Part shown: piece after piece, positions 12,060 through 22,961 of the stretch
How positions within the stretch are numbered: the stretch's first letter is position 1
Layout: each line of letters begins with the position of its first letter
From: Camelus dromedarius
Lineage: Eukaryota
Length of the DNA: 64,000 nucleotides
Assembly: GCF_036321535.1 (NCBI RefSeq)
Contig: NC_087437.1
Coordinates: 84,880,001 to 84,944,000 of the forward strand
Direction of reading: 5' to 3'
The notes under the pieces: generated by a model
Told to the model about the DNA's origin: nothing
The model's database searches: none
What the model saw: only the letters and a program-made list of their open reading frames with translations
Program-made: the position numbers and the translations under genes

Positions 12060-13618
12060 AAAATTTAAAAGATGATGCTTCCATGCTCATGCATAGGAAA
12101 AATTAATATTGTTAAAATGTTCTTACTACCAAAATAAATCTACAGATTCAATACAATTTCTATCAAAATTCCAATGGCATTTTTCACAGAAATAAAATTT
12201 GTGTGGAACTGCAAAATATCTCAAATAGCCAAAGCAATTTTGAGAAAGAAGAACAAAGTTGGAGACACCACATTTCCTGATTTCAAACTATATTATGAAG
12301 CTATAGTAATCAAAACAGTATGATATTGGCATAAAAAAAAACAGACACACAGATCAATAGAACAGAATAGAAGGCCAGAAAGAAACCCAGTCACATACAT
12401 CAACTAAATTATGACAGAGAAGCAAAGAATATATGATGGGGAAAGGATAGTCTCTTCAATAAATGCTGTTGGGAAAACTGGACAGCTACATACCAAAGAA
12501 TGAAACTAGACTACTATCTTATACTGTACACACAAATCACTCAAAATGGGGTAAAGACTTGAACATAGACCTGTAACCATAAAACTTCTGGAAGAAAGCA
12601 TAAGAGGTAAGCTCCTTGACACTGGTCTTTGCAATAGTTTTATTAGATTTGACACCAAGTGCAAAGGTAACAAAAGTAAAAACAAACAAATGGGATTACC
12701 TCAAACTAAAAAACTTCTGTGCAATGAAGGAAACCATCAACAAAATGAAAAGACAGCCTACAGAAGGGGAGAAAGATTTATATATCATATATCTAATAAA
12801 GGATTAATATCCAAAATATATAAAGAACTCATATAACTCAATAGCAAAAAAGCAAACAATCAGATTGAAAAATGGGCAGAGGACCTGAATAGACATTTTT
12901 TTAAAGAAAAACAGAGGGCCAATGGTCACATGAAATGTTACTAAGCATCACTAATCAAGAAAATGCAAATCAAAACCACAGTGAAATATAATCTTACACC
13001 TGTTAGAATGGCTATCATCAAAAAGACAAGAAATACCAAGAGTTGGCAAGAATAAGGGGAAAAGGGAATGCTTATGCACTACTGGTGGGTATGTAAATTG
13101 GTTCATCTACTATGAAATGCAGTATGTAGCTTCCTCCAAAACATAAAAATAGAACTACCATATGATCCAGCAATTTCATTTCTGAAGGAAATGAAATCAC
13201 AATGTTGAAAAGTGATCTGCCTCCCTGTGTTCAGTGAACATTATTCACAATAGCCAACACATGGAAACAACCGAAGTGTCCATTGATGGATGAGTAGATA
13301 AAGAAGATGAGGTATGCATATATACAATGAAATATGATTTAGCCATAAGAAGAAGGAAATTTTTCCATTTGCAACAACGTGGATGGACCCTGAGGGCACT
13401 TATGCAAAGTGAAATAAAATCAGACAGAGAAAGGCGAATACTGTATGCGCTCAGTATGCAGAATCTAAAAAACCAAACTCATAGATACAGAAAACATATT
13501 GGTGGTTGCCAGAAGTGAGCAGGGGGTGAGTGGGTGAAATGTGTGAAGGTGGTAAAAATGTACAGACCTCCAGGTTTAAGGTAAATAAGTTCTGGGGATG
13601 TAATATCCAGTGTGGGGA
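12060..13618 (+). mobile_element. LINE-1 (L1MA-type) fragment: 3' part of ORF2 plus most of the 3' UTR, decayed
   Basis: ccatgctcatgcataggaaaaattaatattgttaaaatg corresponds to ORF2 PCSWIGRINIVKM. ORF 12616..12807 contains NKWDYLKLKNFC...KETINKMKRQPTE. Also ccatatgatccagcaatt and ggaaacaaccgaagtgtccattgatggatga, ending in aataagttctggggatgtaat. Confidence 0.95.
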
Positions 13619-14512
13619 GTGGGAACATGTTCACCTGTTGGTGTTATCAGCCAACCTTCTATGTGTGCCTCCACCTTATTTTCCTATTATTTCCATATTT
13701 TTTAAAATTAAGGTGAAGATCTATTAGTGGATTTTTAGAGTAAGAAAGAGGGGGATTACCATGTGTCTCATGCTGTATGTATTGTCATTTATTAAAGAAG
13801 ACTTTTTTGCTGAAAAAAAAGATGAAACTTTTAGCAGTGGCAAAAGGATATTCTGTGCTCTTGAAGGATTCATAGTTGTAAACACTTGGCTAATGAAACA
13901 TATATTTTTGTTTCATTGTGGGGAACTCTATCAATTCATTTTAATTGAAAATTTAACTGAAAATATATTTATTTGCATATAGACAATATCTCTTGTTTAC
14001 CTATTTTTATGTTTTTAAAATAGAGGAAATACATTTTTGTAAAGCCCTAATGGAAAAACCACAGTAGCAAGGATCAAACACAAGATGAGTATTTGATGCT
14101 TTAGAGTTCTGGCAACTACACCACAGACCTACTCAGAAGCCTGGCTGCCACTCCACACTAGTCCAGCTTTCTGTTTGTGTTCTTAATGGTAGACTTTGAG
14201 GCTTTTACTTGATTTTATCTATTAAGATCAGAAAACATGCTTACATTTTAAGCATTTCAGTAAAAATGCCAAATAATAAATTTGCCATCCTCTTTCCTAG
14301 CAACATAGTACTCAGAATTAAGTAAAACACTCTATACTTGCTTTATATTTTATGAGAAAAACTCCATTGTGAAACTTCATTCTGCATATTGTTACCATAA
14401 TTCACTTTTACAAGGGCTTCTGCATGCAGAAGTGGAGATAATAAAATGCCTAAGGAGGAGCATGTTTTGGCATAAAAATTAATGTTCTTGTCTATTCAAA
14501 GACTATTCTTGA

Positions 14513-14603
14513 GGGAAGATGAATATAGCTCAGTGGTAGAGCACATACTTAGCATACACGAGGTCCCAGGTTCAATCCCCAGTACCTCCATTAAAAAAGA
14601 AGG
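14513..14603 (+). mobile_element. tRNA-Ala(AGC)-derived SINE (camelid vic-1 type)
   Basis: A box tagctcagtgg (14526-14536), anticodon loop cttagca, B box ggttcaatcc (14569-14578) and an A-rich tail. TSD aagactattcttga (14499-14512) vs aagaatactcttga (14604-14617). Confidence 0.9.
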
Positions 14604-15283
14604 AAGAATACTCTTGATTATGGTTGATTTTGAAGGTGGAGGAAATGTTTTTATTATTCAGATAAGTTTAAGTAACCTAAATAATGTTGTATTACTTTTA
14701 CACAGAGTTATGTATTTTTCACTGTGTTTTCTACATCTCCTTTTCACATCTTATCATAAGTAATTTTTCATTATGAAACATACTTACATACTATATATAT
14801 TTAGCTATTTGTGAATATTTTTCATCACACTATTATAATTTTCTCAAATACTTTAAAACTGTATTTTGTTAACTCAAAGTATTTGTATATTTATTAGCAT
14901 CTCTTCAACTATTTTGCCTTATTTCAAAATGGATTAATAATAGCTATACCATCTCATGTGATGAATATTAAGCTTTGGTGAATATTAAGATGACATGTAA
15001 TAGACATCTACCAGATTCTGGCTAAACCCTGGAAAGAATATGTAGCCCTAGATACCCCCACGATTTAAAGATCTACACTTGTTTCTGATGTTCTTCAGCT
15101 CCCTTTAGAGCTGTGATCTAAGGAGACTGGAGGGGAACTTTGCAGAGATCAAACTTATGAGTGATTCTAGTATAAAACAGATTACATTGAATGTACTTAT
15201 AACAGCAAATATAACTATCACATAGACCAAAATACCGCCAGCCTTCTCTCTGGTGACCGATCACTGTGTTCTCTTCATGTCAA

Positions 15284-15307
15284 ACACACACACACACACA
15301 CACACAC
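15284..15307. repeat. (CA)n microsatellite
   Basis: acacacacacacacacacacacac. Confidence 0.95.
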
Positions 15308-16222
15308 GTATTTTCTTCACAATTGTATTTAACTAATTGGGTAGCACTTTCATAATCTGTAGCATACATAGACCCAGATAAGTTGCATTGATAAAATATG
15401 TAAAGGCTGTTTCTTCAACTTTCCTCCATTCTGGGTATTGTGATCTTTACCAGAATACATGGCTCTCTTGGGCTAGTGGATATACTTACCCATCACTCAA
15501 AAGGCTTTTGATCTTGGGATTTGTGTATATCCCAAAAAGAACTCTTGAAAAAGATTGAAAACATTCATGTACTGAAAAATTAGATTTTATACCATTATAA
15601 ATATATACTGAGTTCTGATAATAATCTCAGCTCCCCTCAATAGAAAGCTAGTGATAATCCCTAACTACAGTTGCCTGATTCATTCTTGCCCTAATCATCA
15701 GAAATACGGCATTTACTTATTATCGGAGGCTCTTAATCTAAATTATGTTGTGTTTAGCTCAAATACTTATTCATAACAATATTAAATAAGTGACTATTTA
15801 GCAACTGATATGTACAGAATTTATTTTTCTTCTGTTATTCTAAAATGCGTTTCCTTTCTTAATTAAAATGACTATTCCTTTAACCTGTAGACTTTATTCC
15901 TCTATATCTTTTATCCTCTGTCATCTTCTACCCCTATATTCTCCTTTGTAGGGACTGGGAGTAAGGTTTTCTAAATATTCTTTGGCTGGTAGAGTCATAT
16001 TATATGTCAATTACCAGAGAAAAATTGATTTCTCTCTTGCTACCCTATGTCAGTGTGCATGTGACACCAAAGAACTTCCCAGACAGATAACTTATTAATG
16101 GTGTTATTAATGAATGACATTAATAGTAATATCATATGAAAGGTTGATAAAAATCATAATGTCATACATAGGTTATAAATTTTTATAATAATTCAAAAGG
16201 TAAGAATTAAACATTTGATTAT

Positions 16223-16599
16223 TGTTTTAGTCAGCTCAGGCTGCTATAACAAAATACTGTAGACTGGGTGGCTCAAACAACAGGTATTTATGTCTGACCA
16301 TTCTGGAGTCTGAGAAATCCAAGATGAAGATGTCAGTAGTTCCCAGTCTGGTGAGAACCCTCTCCCTGGCTTGGAAGTGGCTGCCTTATTGCTGTATTTT
16401 CACATGGTGGAGAGAGAGGAAGGACTCTATTTTTCCTTCCACTCCTCATAAGGGCACTAATCCCCTTAAGAGGACTCTACTCTCATGACTTCCTCTAATC
16501 CTAATTACCTCCCAAAGCCCAACCTTCTTATACTATTACATTGGGAGTTAGGGCTTCAACATACGAATTTGGAGAGCTGTAAACATTCAGTCCATAACA
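16223..16599 (-). mobile_element. MaLR solo LTR, MLT1A/MLT1A0-like
   Basis: tg...ca termini; ggctgctataacaaaatactgtagactgggtggc; taattacctcccaaagccc; gggcttcaacatacgaattt; aacattcagtccataaca. 5-bp TSD attat/attag. Confidence 0.92.
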
Positions 16600-16637
16600 A
16601 TTAGCAAGGTAATATACATATAAGAAGGCGAAGAGCA

Positions 16638-17150
16638 GTTGTCTCTGAAAGCTGCCAACTGGTCTGGCACTAACAGCTACTCCATGGGGTTCTCCTGCTG
16701 AGCCTAAAACATTTCACAGGTCTTTAGTTGAGAACATAAGATTATTCTGTAAGCTTGACTGCTCACACACAAGAACGAGAACCATTCGCAAACCACAAAT
16801 GTGGCCAAATCACTTCTTTTCCCAGCTAACTTGATTGCTATTTCTTTACCAATTATAGCTTAATCTAGCTTCATTTCTCCCAGCCACTAAATTAAATTAA
16901 GATACTTGCTTATAGAATTATTCTTACTTTCTAAAATCATTCAGAAGAAAAAATTAAAAAAACACCTCTTTGTGGAACCATCTCCAAAATCACCTACCAC
17001 TGGCTGATTCCTTTAAAGAGTAACATGGAACAGCTTCTCAAGGAGATTCCTCCCTGTTCCTTATGATGTGAACACCTTCTTGTTGCAGAAAGTAATCAAC
17101 CAAACTGGCTAAATGTGTGGTCCTAGAGGTCATTATCTGAGGAATACAAC
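16638..17150 (+). mobile_element. ERV1-class solo LTR, MER31/MER67-like
   Basis: ttgctatttctttaccaattatagctt, ccaaaatcaccta, and the 3' end ttgttgcagaaagtaatcaaccaaact...tgtgtggtcctagaggtcattatctgaggaatacaaca. Confidence 0.6.
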
Positions 17151-19490
17151 ACTGATAAATAAATAGCTTATTATATGTTATACCATATTACATTAAATTT
17201 AGCTCAGTATAGAAACAATTAGGCCAAATATTTGTAGTTTTCCCAAATTAATGTTATGTGATGACAGAATTAACCATTTAGGAGAAGGTCATGTGATATG
17301 AAACAGCTTCTAGTCATTAGAAAAGAGCAACATAATCTTTTTTATTCCATTTACTCTAAAAAAATGCTTATTTTTAAAACAATGAATTGTCACTTTTATT
17401 ATGATATAAGGTCTTAAAAATAATAAAGCATATACATAATCCCCTTTTAAGAAACTATAAAACAAAATGGGATAATTCAAAAATATATTGCATTAGAGGG
17501 CATTTGAAGTATATTGTTCTGTGAAAAATATTTTCTTTTTAAAATTCTAGTAGCTAAGACATTAAACTGACACAAATGAATAGCTTATTTGTCTCAAGTG
17601 TCCAAATGAACTACACAGAAAATCAATTTTGGCTAAACAAAGAACAGATGGTAAATAATGTGATTACATTAAAATGACTACGATGGTAGTCACCACATAA
17701 AAATAAGCACTGGGTTTCATTTTCTCAAGGCTGAATGTTGTAGGCTAGAGAAAAGAATAATCACAAGGGAACGAGAGTAAGTCTCATATAATTTCCTTTT
17801 ATTACCCTCAGAGAAACCAGCATTATCATTATCATAAGCAGATGAGTAAAATAGACCTCTACAATAAGTCATAATAGAAGAAGATCATTTAGAGAAAGCA
17901 TTAACATTGTCATTTTCTTTGAAATCCTTGAATGTGAATGAAAACAAAGGAGGCCTAATAAATATTTTAAATGAATAACTTATTTTGTTACCTGAACACA
18001 AAAGATCTATTATCCAATGGCTTAATTGACTGTGTGTGTGTTTAACAGCCCAGCCTGTTGCTGCAGGCGTTCTTCTGCAGAGTTTAAGCTGGGTTCCTTG
18101 TAGTCTTTTGATTTGATCCAAACTCACCAAGGTCTCACAACTCTAAGCAGAAAAAAATGACTATTTCTCAGTGGAGCAATATGAATACAAGACAAAGTAC
18201 TGTCACAACATTTATACTAATATGCTTTTCTGTATTCTCATAGTTACTTTGGGGAGTATTTCGGCTGAGAATTTAATGAAATTTTTAATTATCCTGAGCA
18301 GTCAAATGTGTAATAATTTTCACATACTTTATATCAAATTAGTAACATACTCCACATTTCTGTCTTGTTACATTGGATCATATCTATTTTTCTCTTTTTC
18401 ATCTTTCACTTATTCTACTTCCAAAAAAGAAGAGAAAAAGAAAAGGAGTAAGAGGATGAGAAAGAGGAAGAAGACAAGTAAAAGAGGAATAATAAGAAAC
18501 CTAATGAATAATAAAGCAATTTCCTTTATAAAAGTTTAAAAATAAAGTGATTAGTAAGATTTACATAGGGAAAATATTTTCTATTTTTCTCAAATGTGCA
18601 AAGCTATCATCAACAAAGAAACAAAAGTGAATCTTCAACTTGATTTACAATAGAGAATATTTGCAATTAAAGAACTCAAAACACCAATAGAGATAGCGAA
18701 CATAACAATTCAAGATTTTTGCATAGTGAGAAATGAAAAAAAAACAATATATCTGATTAAAATGGTGAAGAAAATGGAAGAGGAGAAGCAGGAGATGACA
18801 ATCTCAACAAGACAAAAGTAAAAACAGAACAAAATTATATCTTCACTTATGGTTTGACTACACATCCTGACTCTTTTTTGTTGTTGTTGTTGTTGTAGTT
18901 TCCTTTTGTTTAAATCAAGAATTATTTGCATATTTGTATTTATTTTATATCAGACATCTTCTCAAACTAGTCTTTCTAACCATGTAATTTCCTTGGCTAC
19001 TTTTGAGGAAGAACCTTTACTTCAAATGCATAAGCACAACAGCCTCTCTTTATACATTTTTACATTTACTTTTTTTGTATCTCCTCAATTAAAATTCTTG
19101 AAATTCTTTCATTTTCTTTGTTTTGCTACATGCTACATAATTCCAGTTATTGCTGCAAAATTCTTTCTTATCCCATCTATTCTAAATGCCTATTTCCATG
19201 ATTCTTTTTTCACTCTACATAATAAAAATAACATAAAAATAACTATGTATTTAACTAAACCAGGAAGGAGAAAACTGTATTTATTAATGTTATATTCACT
19301 CTAAAACAAACACTCTTCAAATCGAAGTATGCCAAATTAACCTTTGGAGAGTTGTTTGAAGTTTAGTACAGAAGTTCTTTCATAGTAAACCCATCAAATC
19401 CATAATACAGTGACCTACTGAGTCACAGATATTGAGGAGAAAAGTGATATTGCTGTGATATGCAAATTTCTTTAGGGAGTATCCATGTAT

Positions 19491-20042
19491 TTTTTTTTAT
19501 TTTCTTTTAGTTGAAGTATAGTTACTCTACAATGTTGTGTCAATTTCTGGTGTACAACAATGTTTCAGTCATACATATATATACATATGTTCGTTTTCTT
19601 ATTCTTTTCATTCTGGGTTACTACGAGCTATTGAATATAGTTCCCTGTGCTATACAGTATAAAGTTGTTTATGCATTTTATATATATTATTATCTACAAA
19701 TCTTGAACTCCCAATTTATCACTCCCCCCACCATCCCCGTAACCATAGTTTGTTTTCTATACCTATGAGTTTGTTTCTGTTTTGTAAATAAGTTCATTTG
19801 TGTCTTTTAGATTGCACATGTAAGTGATATCATTTGTTATTTTTGTTTCTCTTTTTGGCTTATTTCCCTTAGAATGATGATCTCCAGTTCCATCCATGTT
19901 GCTGCAAATGGCACTATTTCATTATTTTTTCATGACTGAGTAGTATTGCAATATGTGTGTGTATACATATATATATATATAATATACATACACACACACA
20001 CATATATATATATGTTACAACTTTAGTCAGTCATCTGTCAAT
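19491..20042 (-). mobile_element. 5'-truncated artiodactyl/camelid L1 3' end
   Basis: T-rich tail, then ttgaagtatagttactctacaatgttgtgtcaatttctggtgtaca, ttgaatatagttccctgtgctatacagta and catccatgttgctgcaaatggc. TSD gggagtatccat(g/t)tat at 19475-19490 and 20043-20058. Confidence 0.93.
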
Positions 20043-20539
20043 GGGAGTATCCATTTATATTTTGTCAATGGGAGTATCCGTTTATATTTGATTGGAGGAA
20101 GAAGATGATATGATAAAAACATGAAGGGTAATTTCTTCCTCACTCTATGTATCCTTCACAGTTTGGCTAGGTTTGTTCTGTGGTCTCCCGTCTCCAGATC
20201 TGGGCTAAGGGAATAACTGTGATTTGGCTCATTGGAGAGAGAATAGAAAACATGGTGATTCATGACTGGTTCCTAAAGTCTCTACAAGGAAAAGCCACAT
20301 TTCATAGGTACTCACATTTTATTAACTAACTTCAGTGGTGGAAATACAATCCTACTATTACCAAAAAGGCTATTTTGAAATATGTGGTGTATAGCAAATA
20401 CTTACAGCTTTATATAGAACTTTCCATGATTAAAAATTCCTTGATGTAAGGCAATTTATATGTCTAAAAAAATTCTGTTCTGTACAAATCTAGATGATAT
20501 TGTTAGGACATTTAATAAGGAAATTACCACTTTAAAAAA

Positions 20540-20860
20540 GCCCCTCTTTTTTGTATTTCAAGTGTAATACATGCTCATTTAAAAAAAAATCAAAAATACA
20601 GAAAATATAATTAAGAATACAAAGATCACTTATAATTTTATAACTAAAAATGACTGATGTTAACACTTTGGTACATATTCTAGAATCTTATCACATGCAT
20701 ACATTTTCATATAATTTTTCATTAATGGACTCAGACTCTCATACTGTTTTTCTCTTTTCTCTTATTCATGAGATGTCTTTCCATGCCACACTGAATTCCC
20801 TTAATAGCTAAACAGTAGCTAAGCCGTGTCATTTAGATGGTTTCTAATATAATAATAATA
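20540..20860 (-). mobile_element. Old L1ME-type 3' UTR fragment
   Basis: aagtgtaatacatgctcatt...aaaatacagaaaatata...gttaacactttggtacatattc pattern; appears to continue at 21180-21430 after the MLT1A insertion. Confidence 0.55.
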
Positions 20861-20874
20861 AATTACCCAGTAAT

Positions 20875-21179
20875 AAAAAGTCTAACCCCGAATGTGATGG
20901 TGTAAGGAAGTGGAGTCATTGGTAGGTGATCAAAACTTCAGCAGGACCTTCATAAATGGGATTAGTGCCTTTGTAAAAGAGACCCCTGAGAGCCCCCTCA
21001 CCCTCTTCTTTGTGAGGACACAGTGAATCTACGCACTAGGAAGTATGCTCTCACTGGACACTGACTCTACCGGTGCCTTGATCTTAGTTCCCAGCCACCA
21101 AAATTATAATAAAATTTGTCTTGTTCATAAGCCACCTAGTCTATAGTATCCTGTTATAGCAGCCAGCATGAACAAAGAT
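20875..21179 (+). mobile_element. MaLR LTR, MLT1A-like
   Basis: ctaaccccgaatgtgatggtg, cataaatgggattagtgcctttgtaaaagagacccc, gccttgatctt, taagccacctagtctatagtatcctgttatagcagcc. Confidence 0.88.
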
Positions 21180-21430
21180 GTCTATTTCTAGATTTTCTAA
21201 TCTATTCCTTTAATCTCTTCATCTAACCTTACCCCAGTACAAGACTTTCTTGATAACTGTAGCTTTACATAAGTTTCAAAATCAGATAAGGTGAGTTCTC
21301 CAATTTAGCTCTTCTTCAGTATTGTTTTGTCCACTGTGGTCCATTTGCAAGTCCTTTTCCATATAAATTTTCAAGTAGTTTGTTGAAAAAAATACTTCTG
21401 GGATTTTAATGGGAATTGTGTTGAGTTTTC
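21180..21430 (-). mobile_element. Old L1 ORF2 3' fragment
   Basis: ttgataactgtagctttacataagtttcaaaatcagataaggtgagttctccaa...ttccatataaatttt...ctgggattttaatgggaattgtgttgag. Confidence 0.75.
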
Positions 21431-21856
21431 AGGCTCTTTGTTCCAAGAAACTGGTTAAGGAGGGCAGTAACCAGCCTGGCAGAGATAAATGGAGAGTCAT
21501 ATTTCACTGTCCAATATTGATGCTTTATGAACAAGTGCGTCACCTAAAGCCTGAGAAAGGCATAGTGACCAGGGGCCCAGATCCCTGAGAAATAAGAATC
21601 TGGGTCACTCCACCACATAGGTATCTAATTCAGCCATGGTGCTAGATGATGTTGAATGGAATCTGGAATGGGTAACAAAGGAGGAAGATGATAAATATCA
21701 CTTACATTTTACTGCCAGCTGGTGGAACTGCGGCTGTAGTTTGTTTCCCTGTTCTTCCCCTTGTATAGTTATATAGTAAGAGATAAACTAGAATCTTGGA
21801 GTATCTGGTCCTAATAGCAACTTACTATATGAAGTGGAGTTGCGCAAAGGCTACAC
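21431..21856 (+). mobile_element. ERVL-class internal 3' end (integrase C-terminal remnant), ERV3-16A3/ERVL-like
   Basis: aatctgggtcactccacca...gccatggtgctagatgatgttgaatggaatctggaatgggtaacaaaggaggaagatgataaatatcactta resembles the recalled ERVL pol terminus (WVTPP...AEVLAE...EWVVEEG..KYQL); directly followed by an LTR. Confidence 0.7.
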
Positions 21857-22272
21857 TGTAGTAACTGCTGTGTTATATCACACAAATTCCCCTTTACGGA
21901 TCAGGGAGGATCCCACTTACTAGGAGTATTGCCGATTAAAATTTGACAGTTGCTTTTCTCCCCCAGAATTGTCCACAGCCAAAGGGAACTGCCTACCCCC
22001 AAGTAACCACCATTTGGAAACTGGTTTTTGTAGAGATAAAAAAGCCTAGCCCCCTTGCTTCGGCTTTGAACATATCTGAATGTCAGTTACTGCTTCACAG
22101 CTGCCGGTCAGAAGTCTTGGTTGCAACCACATCACAGTTTAGCATCTTTATCAGTTCGATCCTGCTGTCCATATTCTCTTACACATGTTGTTGCTGAGAG
22201 CACTTTGCATCAATATTCCTCCACGTTCAACCTTGGTCTCAAGACACTATTTTCCAGGGAATTATGTCTGAT
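21857..22272 (+). mobile_element. ERVL 3' LTR, LTR16-like
   Basis: Starts tgtag; cagccaaagggaactgcct, aaaagcctagcccccttgcttc, gagagcactt...caata...tctcaagacactattttccagggaa. Confidence 0.72.
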
Positions 22273-22559
22273 ATTAACTTCTTTTCATGTTTATTTTTAT
22301 GACTAGTCAAAGTGTTAGAAGTAACATAATTACCACATTTTTAGTATATAGGAGCCAAAAAGAGATGGTAGCTAATATTTTAAAAAATACACAAACACAC
22401 ATGAACTTAATTTACTTTTGCTAGTTTTATTCATACTTTTACTGAGATATATCATTTGAGCATCTCATCAATATCTGAAAAGTTACTAATTTTGTAAAAT
22501 CAGAAGATTGCTATTGCTATCATTAAAGCTCAAATGTCATATTTTATAGATTATGTTGC

Positions 22560-22771
22560 CACCAAACATTTATCAAGGGCCAACATTTATCAATTTCCTC
22601 TACATTTGAAGAAACTTATAAATATAAATCCACCTGTCTTCACAATGACCCTATAAAGTAAAAACTGTTACTGCTCCTATATTACAGACAATGAAACTGG
22701 AAAACAGTTTTCAGTAACTCTACAAGGGCATACACTTGATAAGGAGTCTGTCCTTGAACCAACACACTAAT
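22560..22771 (-). mobile_element. MIR fragment abutting MER58
   Basis: tcttcacaatgaccctataaagta...cctatattacagacaatgaaactg...agtaactctacaagggcataca. Confidence 0.6.
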
Positions 22772-22961
22772 CCAGAATCAGCAAATTTTTTCTGTAAAGG
22801 AACATAGAGTAAATATTTTAGGCCACATATAGTAATTGTTGCATAGTTTAAAAAATGTTTTACTACATTTTAAAAATGTCAGTATTTCCCTAAGTTCTCA
22901 GGCCACACAGAAATAGTCAGCAGGCTGAAATCATCCTGATGGCTATACTTTGTAACCCTTG
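22772..22961. mobile_element. MER58-like hAT-Charlie MITE
   Basis: cagaatcagcaaattttttctgtaaagg...agagtaaatattttaggc at the left end; ggctatactttgtaacccttg at the right end (degenerate TIRs). Confidence 0.8.

Noticed and set aside
12616..12807. 63-aa ORF with real protein-like sequence
   Set aside because: It is a remnant of L1 ORF2 within a decayed element, not a host gene.
14513..14590. Functional tRNA-Ala gene
   Set aside because: The acceptor stem pairs poorly, and the A-rich tail plus TSDs indicate a SINE. ORF 14482..14763 across it is incidental.
18171..19304. 122-aa Lys/Arg-rich and 132-aa hydrophobic ORFs
   Set aside because: Explained by purine-rich and T-rich low-complexity DNA; non-ATG starts and no motifs.
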